This document shows positions 18,455-28,510 of a DNA stretch of 64,000 nucleotides, in pieces. Made by a program: the position numbers and the translations under genes. Location: IMG/VR virus record IMGVR_UViG_3300043411_000942, positions 168,938-232,937 of that record, one strand, 5' to 3'. The notes beneath the pieces were generated by a model. The model ran no database searches and was not told where the DNA came from. It worked only from the letters and a program-made list of their open reading frames with translations. How positions within the stretch are numbered: position 1 is the first letter of the stretch; every line of letters starts with the position of its first letter.

Positions 18455-20464
18455 ATGACTGATCTAGGTGACATTTCTGACCTCCTAAAGGAGGGTTCGG
18501 TATCGGACCTTGATTGGCTCGACGTTAACGAAAAAGACTACCGAGCTTTGGACACCCTACCTAAGCAGAATCTCGATATAGCTCCTGACTTAGAGGCTAT
18601 GTGGGCACATGAGGATAAGCCTGCAACAAACTACCTCGTCCCAAATACTGGAGCACCTCGGACCCTAAGTGACTTGAGCGAAGCTCATATCAAGAGTGCG
18701 TCGGTACCTCAAGTTGCCAAGGTGGCTCGATTTGCAATCATGCAGTCGACAAACGCCAATAAGATTGCACATGCCATCACCTCCAGGTTCGATGCAGGTA
18801 CAATTCTAGTAGCCAAAAGCGCCTTAGGTCAAGTCCTACAGGAAAAAGGCTTGCTAGGTGGGTACTACATTGCGGCATCTGACTTTGATGGGTGTAACCA
18901 AGCCGCTCAGAAGGTAGTCGCCTTTACTCGTAAGTTTGCAGGTGGGGCTAGATTCGTACTAGCCAAGGACAAGTGCCAAGGCTGCGTACACAATGCTGGC
19001 GGAGCTTGTGGTGTTTTCCAGAAGCAGTTGGTCACTGAGGTTCCCTACACGGAAGAGCTTGCAGTTGCTGTAGAGAATTCTCAGGCTTCTCAAGGTAAGC
19101 AGGCTTCTCAAGGTGTCGGATCACCTAAGGCTCGTATCCAACGTGCTCTATTGGCGAAGGATGTGAGGGTTGTAGCTGTTGAGACCCCTAAGCCCATCCT
19201 AAATCCAGCTCAGCAACTAAGGGCAGTGAAAGCTACAGGTAAGGTTCACCTACCTGTCGTTGAGAGTCAGAGAGCTAGTCTTGCTGTGGCAGACCAAGTT
19301 TGGGTACCACCTCAACCAAGTGGTAAAGTGGCGTCGACTTCGGCCACGTCTCACCACCTAAGCAAAACAGCTTTCGAGGTAAAAGCCCTTCTACAACGAG
19401 AGATGCTTAGGGGTCGAGGAGAGCAGGATTTGCTATCTGCGTTGAAGCTGTCCTTCAGTGTGGCAGATCTCAAGGCAACGAGATCGGATTGGGAGCCTCT
19501 ATTCAAAGAGGCAGGCTTCTTTGGTACCGTGTACTCCACTCAAACTGCCTTTGACGATTGCCACCAGGGGGCAGACTTTCTTGCGAAGCATAATGCTTCT
19601 GTCAAGTCGATCGTAGCTGGAGGTAAGTGCCAAGGGTGCATATACAACAAGCTAGCTCGTTGTATGCTCTACGGCCGCCCACTCGTAGCTAAGGCAGAGG
19701 ACGCCCTAACTTCTGAGGTGGTTCAGAATGTCATTTGGGAGCACAGGCTCGCGGGTCGGTTGGAGACTGGGGCGGATAAGGTTGTATGGGGAGACACTCC
19801 TAAGCAGGCACTGAAGGAGATCTACCGTCAGGCTTCAACCAAGCCAACGGTTGACACTACTAGGTATGTAGAGCAAGCGTTTAGAGGTAAGGACCACGGT
19901 CACGTAACTGCTGGCCTAACCAAGCGAGAGATCGTCAGAACGGCATCCAAGTACCTAAACGAGGGTTTGTACGGGACCCAGCTAAGAGAGGCTCTTAAGC
20001 GTCAATTTGACCCTAGAGATATCGTAGCTGCGAAGCAGGAACTGAGATCCGTCCTAGCTGAGCAGGGACTACAGGGTATATTCTACGTAGACCCCATGGT
20101 CTATGGGGACTATGCCAAAGGGTGTGATGAGGGTGCTAGGTACCATCGAGCGCGACTTGTCCCCTACGTCAAGTTGGGGTCTGGTTGCGAGAGCTGTGTA
20201 CTTCAGACTCGCGTAGGGCATTGCTCGAAGTACAACAAGCCTCTTGTTGTGGAGCCTCCATACACCGATAAGCAGGCCCAGCAGAGAGAGATCCTGGCAA
20301 CCGGGGAGTCTACAAAGGCAGACCTTGGTAGCCTCATGCACAATAGCCCGTCTATCTTGGCTCAGTTTGAGATGCAGGCAGGAGTAAATGAGCTGACTCT
20401 GAACCCAACTACAAGCAAGTCCACTGTAACCGTGGAGCTTGGTGGAATAGAGTTTGACCTATGA
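18455..20464 (+). CDS. Protein with three Cys4 repeats
   Basis: Three units of E.G..G..Y...C...CxxC...C....LV. Confidence 0.75.
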   Translation: MTDLGDISDLLKEGSVSDLDWLDVNEKDYRALDTLPKQNLDIAPDLEAMWAHEDKPATNYLVPNTGAPRTLSDLSEAHIKSASVPQVAKVARFAIMQSTNANKIAHAITSRFDAGTILVAKSALGQVLQEKGLLGGYYIAASDFDGCNQAAQKVVAFTRKFAGGARFVLAKDKCQGCVHNAGGACGVFQKQLVTEVPYTEELAVAVENSQASQGKQASQGVGSPKARIQRALLAKDVRVVAVETPKPILNPAQQLRAVKATGKVHLPVVESQRASLAVADQVWVPPQPSGKVASTSATSHHLSKTAFEVKALLQREMLRGRGEQDLLSALKLSFSVADLKATRSDWEPLFKEAGFFGTVYSTQTAFDDCHQGADFLAKHNASVKSIVAGGKCQGCIYNKLARCMLYGRPLVAKAEDALTSEVVQNVIWEHRLAGRLETGADKVVWGDTPKQALKEIYRQASTKPTVDTTRYVEQAFRGKDHGHVTAGLTKREIVRTASKYLNEGLYGTQLREALKRQFDPRDIVAAKQELRSVLAEQGLQGIFYVDPMVYGDYAKGCDEGARYHRARLVPYVKLGSGCESCVLQTRVGHCSKYNKPLVVEPPYTDKQAQQREILATGESTKADLGSLMHNSPSILAQFEMQAGVNELTLNPTTSKSTVTVELGGIEFDL

Positions 20465-20859
20465 GCGATGACACGCTCCTTCTCAGGGTAGCTGCTAGAT
20501 TTCTTCGTGCGGATCAGCCCTCAGGGCAACGCAAGAAGGACAAGGCCTTAGTAAAGCCCGTGAACAAGCTAAAGGGTATTGGTAAGTCTACCACGAAAGA
20601 GCATGGTAAGGCTATGCCCGATGGGCATGACGATACCGTATCGCCAAATCGCAAGGACTTGAGACCCGAAGATCTGTTTATCCCAAAGCCTGATCAGGTC
20701 GGAGTGCGAAACTTAGCTGAAACTGGTAAGGACCTCTCGAAGGCTATCAAAAACCAGATACCTAAGGATAGAGGGTACGCTACGGTGCGAAATCTATCCC
20801 AGTACTTGATCGAAACAGCAGGTGGGGGAGGTACTCCCCCCGTGAACGTAAAGAAGTAG
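20461..20859 (+). CDS. Basic hypothetical protein
   Basis: ATGA overlap with the upstream gene; RVAARFL motif at the N-terminus. Confidence 0.7.
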   Translation: MSDDTLLLRVAARFLRADQPSGQRKKDKALVKPVNKLKGIGKSTTKEHGKAMPDGHDDTVSPNRKDLRPEDLFIPKPDQVGVRNLAETGKDLSKAIKNQIPKDRGYATVRNLSQYLIETAGGGGTPPVNVKK

Positions 20860-20867
20860 GAGTTCAA

Positions 20868-21449
20868 ATGAGTAACTCAGGTGATAGGGTAGCTTCGGTA
20901 TTGTCGATCGTACCTGTACATGGGGCTCCAAGGACAGATAAGAACGACCTGAAGGTCAAGCGAAAGCCTGGACGACCTCGCAAGGTTGAGCGAGCAGCTA
21001 CGACAAGTGACCTAGAGTATCACGCTGAATTGGTCACAAAGCGTCAAGAGTTTATCGGTACTGACGAACTCGTCAAAGCCGTTGAGGCAAAAGACGGCCC
21101 ACTCAACATCCTCTACCTCATCAAGAAGGAAGTCGCGAAGGAGGCAGCTAGCCTCCACTTCGAGCGAATTGAGACCGAGAAGCACGGTAGGGATACTGGC
21201 CAAGTTTCGACACGTCGAATTGAAGCCCTGAAGAAGATCGCAGACATTGAGCTTAAGATCAAGGAGCTAGACAACGAGTCTATCAACCTATCTAGCGAAC
21301 GTATGCAGAAGGTCTTCCAGCAATGGGTTGAGGCCCTCAGGGAGATTGCTCAAGAGACTATGCCTCCTGAGATGTTGGACTTGTTCTTCAATCGATTCTC
21401 CACGGCAATGGAAGGTTGGGAAGAGCGGGCAACGGGCGCACTCAAGTGA
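20868..21449 (+). CDS. Candidate terminase small subunit (AT-hook-like motif)
   Basis: AGGAG RBS; KRKPGRPRK; helical; directly upstream of TerL. Confidence 0.5.
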   Translation: MSNSGDRVASVLSIVPVHGAPRTDKNDLKVKRKPGRPRKVERAATTSDLEYHAELVTKRQEFIGTDELVKAVEAKDGPLNILYLIKKEVAKEAASLHFERIETEKHGRDTGQVSTRRIEALKKIADIELKIKELDNESINLSSERMQKVFQQWVEALREIAQETMPPEMLDLFFNRFSTAMEGWEERATGALK

Positions 21450-21452
21450 TCT

Positions 21453-24400
21453 ATGGCTCAAGATAAGAAACAGGTTGGGATTGCCAACCTCATCCGTAGT
21501 GCTGGGCACAGATCAAAGTCAACAGATAAGAACAGCAAAGCGGGGCTTCTCACGACTACGAAGAGTGGTCGTGAGATTCGCATATTCGACATTCTGACCT
21601 ATATTGAAGCCCCTTGGGGCCTCAATATGACGTTGTACCCAGTACAACGGTTCATAGTCAAGCTCTACTACAACCTACCCCTAGATGAGGTCTTACCTGA
21701 GAACGTGAATCGTCAGATTCGGGTCTCAGACATGTTCAACAGTAAGATACTGTACACCTTCACGGAGAAGGAGTACCTCCATTACCTATACAACGAGGGT
21801 CGCTGCAACATCAAAGAGCAGGACCACATGCGGAGGCAACTTACACTTCCGATAGGTCGGCGCGCGGGCAAGTGCAAGTCTCCGAAATCTTTAGTGGTTA
21901 CGTCAAAAGGCCTTTTAGAGCTTTCTGAACTAGGGGATGTTAGTGGGCCTGAGTGGCAACCCCTTACCATCACTGTCGCACAAGCTGGAGGGCGTCAGGC
22001 ACAATCGTCTCACTTCTACAATAACGGGGTAAGTCAAACCCGTAAGATTAAATTACGCTGTGGCATTGAGGACGAAAGCACTCCCAACCATAGAGTAATG
22101 ATACTAAGTAAAGACGGTGTTGTTGATTGGAAGTGCATGGGGGATGTCCAAGTAGGGGACTATGTAGCGGTCAGTAGAGGTACGGATCTTTGGCCAACTG
22201 TCATGTTCCCCGTACCTAAGGCAAACTTGTGGTCTCTCCCAGATGTAGTTGATGAGGACTTTGGGTTATTTCTAGGGTACTTGGTTGGGGACGGAACCTG
22301 GGGGCAAGCTTCGTACTTAGAGCTTACAGGTTTGGAGGCTCAGGTTCGTAGATTCTCTCAGATTGCATCAAAAGTTTTAGGGCACCCTGGTCGTTGCTAC
22401 CCAGCAATAGGATCTGATAATGGTTGGCGTTGGAGGTTTGACGGGGTGGGCGTAGGGGTTAACGGGCCAGCTAGAGAAGTTAGAGGTGTCTTGCATGACC
22501 TTGGATTTAACCTCGACGTAGAACGAGACAAGAAACGAGTCCCTTTCTCCATTAGAAGGTCCCCTAAGTCTGTTGTTTGTGCGTTTCTTCGTGGGCTATT
22601 TGAGACTGATGGGTGTTCGGAAGACTCTGGTCGAATTATTACACTCTCCTCATCTAGCTTTGAACTTGCCCGTGAAGTCCAACTGCTGTTGTTGAACTTA
22701 GGGGTGATTACGCATATTGGGTCGAAGTGGAACGCTAAGTACAAAAAGCACTACGCCATCCTTTCAATAAGGGGGGCGGAGTCTCGGGCAATTTTCTGCG
22801 AGCAGATCGGGTTTGACTCTGACAGAAAACAAGGACCCCTCCTAGAGAAGGTAGCTCAGCAAAAGGTAAGAGCTGACAACAAGTCAGACACCGAAGCTAT
22901 CCCCAACCAATTTGATTGGTTACAATCCCTACTAGGCCTTATCCCTAAGCGGAATGCTTCTGCTGGCAAACCTGGGTGGGGGCGAAGCCTTCTACGCCAA
23001 GAGTTAGGTAATGCTATCAAACCAGGGTCCTCTGAGGACCTTAGTTACCCCAGATTACGTAAGGCTCTTGTTGTAGCGGGGAACTTAGGCGCTGAGGGTC
23101 CAGTTGTAGACCACTTCGAGGAGTTGCTGCGGCTCAATTACTTTTACGACCCAATTGTCTCGATAGAGGAGGGAGAAGCTCAGGTTTACGACTTGACCGT
23201 GCCAGACGGGGAGGCGTTTGTCGCCAATGGTATGGTCAACCATAACACAACTCTCTCAGCAATTTTCGCTAGTTACGAGTTGTACCGTCTCCTTTCTCTG
23301 CATGATCCGCAGGAGTACTACGGACTCCCGAACGGAAACCGCATACAAATCATTAGCGTTGCTACCGACAAGGACCAAGCAGGGCTGTTGTTCAATGACG
23401 TGACCGCGCACATGGCTAAGTGCGAGTTCTTCAAGCCGTACATTGCCAACAACACGCTATCCTACGTTCAGTTGAGAACCCCTAGTGACATAGAAAAATA
23501 CGGACCAACCAACAGGACGACAGACGGCAAGTTTACGTCCTTCAACGGCAAGGCTTCAATCCGCGTAACCTTCAAAGCTAGTATCTCAAAGGGCCTTCGT
23601 GGAGCTGGTAACGTAGTCATCATCCTAGACGAGATGGCTCACTTCCAGGCTAATGGATCTAGCTCTGCGAAGGACATCTACGACGCAATCACTCCCTCCG
23701 CAGCTGCCTTCTCTCAGAAGGACTTGAACACTGGGTTGCCGATCAATGGTTCAGAGACCGAATCTGAGGCTAGGATCATCGGTATCTCCTCCCCCTTGAA
23801 TAAGGCAGGTAAGTTCTACGAGCTGTTTCACCTTGGCATGAGTCGAGGTGAAGGTTCGGAGAACATGCTTGTCATTCAAGCTCCGACTTGGGAGGTGAAC
23901 CCTACCGTACCTACGAGCTACTATAGGGCAAAGTACCATGAGGACCCTACGGTTTTCATGACAGAGCATGGGGCTCTATTCTCTGACCGTGTACGAGGTT
24001 GGATCGAGCGTGAGCAGGATCTTACGTCCTGTATACGCTCAGACCTACGCCCAAGGTCTTACGGGCCGGTCCGCTACCCGCATCAGATGGGTCTTGACGT
24101 GGGTATGGTAGGGGACGGGACGACTGTAGCCATTACTCACTGCGAGGGTCAAAACGTCATTCTAGACTACCACGAGGCGTGGTACGCAGGAGTGTCGTGG
24201 AAGGAATCGAACCCTCACCTCACTGCCCCTCTAGTAGACTACGCCAAGATGCTAGAGACGGTAGAGCGGTTGGACTTTGATGAGATTGCTAATTGGATCG
24301 TCACGTTATCCAAGAAATTCTACCTGACGTCTGGGATCTTCGATAGGTGGAACGGGCTACCCTTAGAGCAAGCGCTGCACAAAAAGGGGCTCAAGCAATT

Positions 24401-24812
24401 CAAGAGTGAGTTCTTCACCCGAGACGACCGAAGTCGAATGTTTCAGGCCATGAAGCTCATGTTGTTCGATCATCGTATTGTCCTGTACGATTGGCCGATA
24501 ACAGCGGATGGGAAGGCTAAGCACAGCCCCCTGATTGAAGAGCTGTTGAGTCTGCAAGCCACTCAGATGGCTAAGAACCAGATCCTAGTGGAGGCCCCCA
24601 AGATCCTTGGGGCGCACGATGACGTTTCAGATGCGTTGGTACGTGCCGTGTGGCTCTCGTTAGAGCAAGTCTCCAACCAAAAGTCTACGGCTCGACCTGA
24701 GGGAAGTAGTAGCCTCGCTCGTGGGTCGTCATTACAAGGGTACCAAGTACGCAGGGCCCGTAACCATGGGGTGTTGCTAGATCGTAACGTGCGAGGGTTA
24801 CGTCGGCGATAA
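21453..24812 (+). CDS. terL: Terminase large subunit containing an intein (about 661 aa after splicing)
   Basis: LYPVQ, GRRAGK/TT Walker A split by the intein, IILDEMAHF Walker B, ISSP, GLDVG and HDDVSDA nuclease motifs. Confidence 0.92.
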   Translation: MAQDKKQVGIANLIRSAGHRSKSTDKNSKAGLLTTTKSGREIRIFDILTYIEAPWGLNMTLYPVQRFIVKLYYNLPLDEVLPENVNRQIRVSDMFNSKILYTFTEKEYLHYLYNEGRCNIKEQDHMRRQLTLPIGRRAGKCKSPKSLVVTSKGLLELSELGDVSGPEWQPLTITVAQAGGRQAQSSHFYNNGVSQTRKIKLRCGIEDESTPNHRVMILSKDGVVDWKCMGDVQVGDYVAVSRGTDLWPTVMFPVPKANLWSLPDVVDEDFGLFLGYLVGDGTWGQASYLELTGLEAQVRRFSQIASKVLGHPGRCYPAIGSDNGWRWRFDGVGVGVNGPAREVRGVLHDLGFNLDVERDKKRVPFSIRRSPKSVVCAFLRGLFETDGCSEDSGRIITLSSSSFELAREVQLLLLNLGVITHIGSKWNAKYKKHYAILSIRGAESRAIFCEQIGFDSDRKQGPLLEKVAQQKVRADNKSDTEAIPNQFDWLQSLLGLIPKRNASAGKPGWGRSLLRQELGNAIKPGSSEDLSYPRLRKALVVAGNLGAEGPVVDHFEELLRLNYFYDPIVSIEEGEAQVYDLTVPDGEAFVANGMVNHNTTLSAIFASYELYRLLSLHDPQEYYGLPNGNRIQIISVATDKDQAGLLFNDVTAHMAKCEFFKPYIANNTLSYVQLRTPSDIEKYGPTNRTTDGKFTSFNGKASIRVTFKASISKGLRGAGNVVIILDEMAHFQANGSSSAKDIYDAITPSAAAFSQKDLNTGLPINGSETESEARIIGISSPLNKAGKFYELFHLGMSRGEGSENMLVIQAPTWEVNPTVPTSYYRAKYHEDPTVFMTEHGALFSDRVRGWIEREQDLTSCIRSDLRPRSYGPVRYPHQMGLDVGMVGDGTTVAITHCEGQNVILDYHEAWYAGVSWKESNPHLTAPLVDYAKMLETVERLDFDEIANWIVTLSKKFYLTSGIFDRWNGLPLEQALHKKGLKQFKSEFFTRDDRSRMFQAMKLMLFDHRIVLYDWPITADGKAKHSPLIEELLSLQATQMAKNQILVEAPKILGAHDDVSDALVRAVWLSLEQVSNQKSTARPEGSSSLARGSSLQGYQVRRARNHGVLLDRNVRGLRRR
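21873..23246 (+). mobile_element. Contiguous intein (458 aa) with LAGLIDADG homing endonuclease
   Basis: Starts CKSPKSLV, block B TPNHRV, LGYLVGDG and FLRGLFETDG motifs, ends VYDLTV...FVANGMVNHN followed by Thr. Confidence 0.95.
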
Positions 24813-24836
24813 TGTCCCTGTACGGAAAGCTATACA

Positions 24837-25874
24837 ATGGATCCAGTAGTTCGGGCAGTTGTAGCCAAGTACAAAGAGAAGCTAATCTCTGAGAAGGGGA
24901 ATACCGTCTACTTGTACAGTGAGCGTCAAGTCGCTTCTCGCAATCGCCAGAAGGCTGAGCGGGTTGAAAAGCTACGCAACCATATCAGTAAGTTGCGAAC
25001 GCAGGTCAAGGAGGACCTCAAGAGTGAGGACCCTAAGAAGAAGCTTACCGCTCTCGCAGTTGCTCTAATCGACCACACCTACGAGCGAGTAGGAAATGAC
25101 GGGTCTGCGGAAAATGGGCACTATGGGGTAACAGGTTGGCAAAAGCAGCATGTTACGTTTGGTAAGGGCTCCGCTACAATCAAGTACATCGGTAAGTCTG
25201 GTGTGAAGCACGAGAAGAAGGTCACGGATGCTTCCATTCTCAAAGCATTGAAGGCTGCGTGGGAGTCAGTAGAGTCTGCAAAGTTGGGTATCTTTGATGC
25301 AGATGGAGCTAAGGTATCCTCTAGGGACGTGAACTCGTATCTTGAGGCATTTAAGGTCACTGCAAAGGACTTGCGTGGATTTCATGCGAATCGTGAGATG
25401 CAGGAACGCCTTAAGGTCTTGCGAGGTAAGGGCGGCAAGCTACCTGAGGACAAGAAGGCTCGGGAGAAGAAACTCAAAGACGAGTTTCAGGAGGCCTTGG
25501 AGGGTACAGCCGAGATTGTAGGGCATGAGTCAGCTACTCTACGAAAACAGTATCTAGTCTCCTCTATCGAAGAGGCCTACCTAAAGGATGGTACTGTCGT
25601 GGAAAAGCTAACGAAGTCTGCAATGGATTGCCAGCCTGATCCGCCTTTGCTTTTCGCGAATAGGATCATACGGCAGCTTGTTGACCACATGGCATCCTCA
25701 GACTTGGTCATTGACGAGGCTGACTTCAACAACCTGCGTTCTGTCTTTCGTAGGTGCCAGGGCAGTTGGGAGAAGGTGTTGAGTGGGGACCCTGTTCACA
25801 CTGAACTATTGAAGACCATCGTAAGTACCTGGACGCAACTACCTGAGCGTAAGCAGGACATGGAGCGTACCTGA
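24837..25874 (+). CDS. DNA topoisomerase IB-like protein
   Basis: ERVGN, YGVT, YIGKSGVKH, TAKDLRGFHAN, GHESATLRKQY: R-K-R-H-Y catalytic set of bacterial/poxviral TopIB. Confidence 0.85.
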   Translation: MDPVVRAVVAKYKEKLISEKGNTVYLYSERQVASRNRQKAERVEKLRNHISKLRTQVKEDLKSEDPKKKLTALAVALIDHTYERVGNDGSAENGHYGVTGWQKQHVTFGKGSATIKYIGKSGVKHEKKVTDASILKALKAAWESVESAKLGIFDADGAKVSSRDVNSYLEAFKVTAKDLRGFHANREMQERLKVLRGKGGKLPEDKKAREKKLKDEFQEALEGTAEIVGHESATLRKQYLVSSIEEAYLKDGTVVEKLTKSAMDCQPDPPLLFANRIIRQLVDHMASSDLVIDEADFNNLRSVFRRCQGSWEKVLSGDPVHTELLKTIVSTWTQLPERKQDMERT

Positions 25875-25875
25875 G

Positions 25876-26394
25876 ATGGATTTGCCTCGCACACGAGACT
25901 GCATTGTTTTGGTTAAGGGGGATAGTTACCCGGTAGCCATTTCAGCTGCATTAGCCACTGGAGGGTGGCAGGGAGGTCAGGGAGTTCAATGGTCAACTCC
26001 TACCCGAGACAACTTCGTGGTAACCTACTCGGATGGTCTCTACGCAGGGTTCCTTCTTTGGGGTAGTGATGAGCTAGGGGACAAACACACGGGTATGTCG
26101 GGCAACCAACCCCACTACAGATTTGCAACTTGTGGTGCTGGAGGGTGGTTGATTACGACTCGTACCTACGAGAAGTACACTTACGCTTCTCGTATTGGAG
26201 GTGGTCCGCTTATTCCAATCGTGTATTCCGCAAGTGATCGACTAGTTTTCAGTCTGCGGGGATGGCTGACGAAGGAAGACGAGTGGACCCTTTCAGGTGA
26301 CCCTCGTGCCCCAAACACATACTACATAGCTTTCGTATCCCAACCCCCTACGGCAGCGACTGAGTATTACTTAGGGGTTCAGGTGAGCATATGA
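25876..26394 (+). CDS. Virion protein, paralog 1 of 3
   Basis: Shares RDC...KGD..VA.S.A...GGW.GGQGV.W and YTYASRIGGGPL with 26391 and 27538. Confidence 0.8.
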   Translation: MDLPRTRDCIVLVKGDSYPVAISAALATGGWQGGQGVQWSTPTRDNFVVTYSDGLYAGFLLWGSDELGDKHTGMSGNQPHYRFATCGAGGWLITTRTYEKYTYASRIGGGPLIPIVYSASDRLVFSLRGWLTKEDEWTLSGDPRAPNTYYIAFVSQPPTAATEYYLGVQVSI

Positions 26395-26921
26395 TTGGCC
26401 CACTGTCCTTTCCACGGGATCGAGACTGCTACACTATATTCAAAGGTGATGCCTACCCAGTAGCTATCTCTCCTGCGATGCGGGCTGGAGGGTGGCAGGG
26501 AGGTCAAGGTGTTAAGTGGGTGGACTCCTCTAGGGATGAGTTCATGGTGACCTACTCAGATGGCCTCTACGGGGGGATTCTTCTCTGGGGGTCAGACGAG
26601 AGTTCAGACCGGTATGCCTCTCTCACTGGAACACAACCTCAATACGGGTTTGGTACCTTTTGTGCGGGTGGTTGGCTCCTTGCCACTAGAACCTTCGAGC
26701 GGTACACTTATGCGTCTCGCATAGGTGGAGGCCCTCTAGTTCCTCTGACCTACATAGTCGGTGAACGTCTTGTACTTTCTCTACGGGGCTGGTTGACCAA
26801 ACAGGACGAGTGGACTCTCACTGCGGACCCTAGAGGAGCAAACGGTTACTACCTAGCTTCAGTTGTCCAAGCACCGTCTGCGGATAACAACTACTACATT
26901 ACGGTTCAGACCTCTATATGA
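26391..26921 (+). CDS. Virion protein, paralog 2 of 3
   Basis: Same conserved blocks as 25876. Confidence 0.8.
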   Translation: MIGPLSFPRDRDCYTIFKGDAYPVAISPAMRAGGWQGGQGVKWVDSSRDEFMVTYSDGLYGGILLWGSDESSDRYASLTGTQPQYGFGTFCAGGWLLATRTFERYTYASRIGGGPLVPLTYIVGERLVLSLRGWLTKQDEWTLTADPRGANGYYLASVVQAPSADNNYYITVQTSI

Positions 26922-27538
26922 TCATGGAGACCCTCAACAAGACATGCAAACGATGCAGCAAAGAGAAGCCTCTTGACTTGTTCGTGAAACATCGAGTGTC
27001 ACGTCACGGTCGTGGGTCTTGGTGTCTGAGCTGCTTCAATACTTACATGAAGCATCGGATCCGAGAGCGTCAGGAAATCATCGATCAGCATAAGTCTAAG
27101 CCTTGTGTTGACTGTCAACTCACGTTTCATCCCGTGAGTATGGATTTCGACCACGTCAGAGGTTCGAAGCTCAAGGAGGTGAGCCGTTTGCTCACCTACA
27201 GTCTTGAGCGGTTCTTAGGCGAAATTGCGAAATGCGAGGTGGTCTGCGCTTGCTGTCATCGCATCCGTACAAGAGCTATAAGCGTGTCTGTCGACCCTAA
27301 GTATCTCGCCTTTCAAGCACGCTTGCTCCCAGTTAAAACCAAACCATGTCTCGATTGCGGGTCGGCATTCCCACCGGAGGCTATGGACTTTGACCATGTG
27401 CGGGACTTGAAGGTTCGGGACATCTCACAAATGTCTTTGGCCCCGTGGGTCAAAGTGGAGAGGGAGATCGCCAAGTGTGATCTGGTTTGTGCTAACTGCC
27501 ACCGTTTGCGCACTCAAGCTCGCAAGGAGGCTGCTTAA
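26918..27538 (+). CDS. HNH endonuclease with duplicated HNH domain
   Basis: N-terminal CxxC..CxxC finger, then two copies of KPCxDC...MDFDHVR...EIAKC..VCA.CHR.RT; inserted between paralogs. Confidence 0.8.
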   Translation: MIMETLNKTCKRCSKEKPLDLFVKHRVSRHGRGSWCLSCFNTYMKHRIRERQEIIDQHKSKPCVDCQLTFHPVSMDFDHVRGSKLKEVSRLLTYSLERFLGEIAKCEVVCACCHRIRTRAISVSVDPKYLAFQARLLPVKTKPCLDCGSAFPPEAMDFDHVRDLKVRDISQMSLAPWVKVEREIAKCDLVCANCHRLRTQARKEAA

Positions 27539-28056
27539 TGCCTGAAATCCTTCGATTCCGAGACTGCATAGTATTCTTCAAGGGGGATTCACAGACTGTC
27601 GCTGTTTCTCCTGCTATGGTTGCGGGAGGTTGGCCAGGAGGCCAAGGAGTTCAATGGGTAGCCTCAACCTCAGATGAGCGAGTAGTTACTTACTCCGAGG
27701 GCCTCTATGGGGGCTTTCTCATTCACGGTTCGGATGAAGTTGGCGATAGGTTTACAGCGATCACCAGGCAGCAGCCTGTGTACAAGTATGCTACAATGTT
27801 CTCAGGAGGCTGTCTAATTTCGACAAGTAGCTACGAGCGGTATACCTACGCGTCTCGCATAGGTGGGGGCCCTCTAGTTCCTCTGACTTACCAAGTGCAA
27901 GACATTCTCTACCTGTCGAAAAGAGGGTTGTGGACCAAAGAGGATGAGCTGACTATAACGGGTAGTCCTCTGGCCCCTGCATTCTTTACTGGGTTCGTGG
28001 CTCAGACCCCCAAAGCTAGCAACCAGCTCTTTTTGGGCATTCAGACATCAATGTAG
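27538..28056 (+). CDS. Virion protein, paralog 3 of 3
   Basis: Same conserved blocks as 25876; AAGGAGG RBS. Confidence 0.8.
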   Translation: MPEILRFRDCIVFFKGDSQTVAVSPAMVAGGWPGGQGVQWVASTSDERVVTYSEGLYGGFLIHGSDEVGDRFTAITRQQPVYKYATMFSGGCLISTSSYERYTYASRIGGGPLVPLTYQVQDILYLSKRGLWTKEDELTITGSPLAPAFFTGFVAQTPKASNQLFLGIQTSM

Positions 28057-28060
28057 GCAA

Positions 28061-28510
28061 ATGAAAACCATAGACAGAATGACAGCTGCTGAGTTGTGCG
28101 TAGAGTCAACTCGACTACGAGGTAGTTTGGTTACCTCCATTGAGCAGTTGCGTGGATTGTACGAGCTTCTCCAACGGAAGGCTAAGTTGGAGCTACGTGA
28201 GGTTGCAACCACTACCAGAAGTAAAACCGCACATGACCCCATGGAGACGGCTAGGGTACATCTTGCGATTGCTTCTGCTGGGCAAAGATTCACGGGTATG
28301 GTGCTGCATGCAACTCGTAGGTTAGGGGCATTCGACCGAACATTGAAACGTGATAAAGTCGCCCAAGATCTACACCCACAAGACCGACCAGCCCCTCAAA
28401 AAGCTAAAGCTGCCCCTAAGAGTGCAGGGAAGGACCCAATCCTTCAACAGGTGTTGTCCTTACCTACTGTAGTTGACGACTTAGATGAGTTGTATGGAGA
28501 TGCTACCTAA
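28061..28510 (+). CDS. Hypothetical protein
   Basis: ORF coupled to the downstream gene by a TAATG overlap. Confidence 0.65.
   Translation: MKTIDRMTAAELCVESTRLRGSLVTSIEQLRGLYELLQRKAKLELREVATTTRSKTAHDPMETARVHLAIASAGQRFTGMVLHATRRLGAFDRTLKRDKVAQDLHPQDRPAPQKAKAAPKSAGKDPILQQVLSLPTVVDDLDELYGDAT

Noticed and set aside
24837-25874. Tyrosine integrase or protelomerase
   Set aside because: RVGN, GKSG and AKDLR spacing fits TopIB better; no att-like or long palindromic target seen.
25876-28056. Diversity-generating retroelement template/variable repeats
   Set aside because: No reverse transcriptase in the window; all three copies are intact ORFs diverged at all base types.
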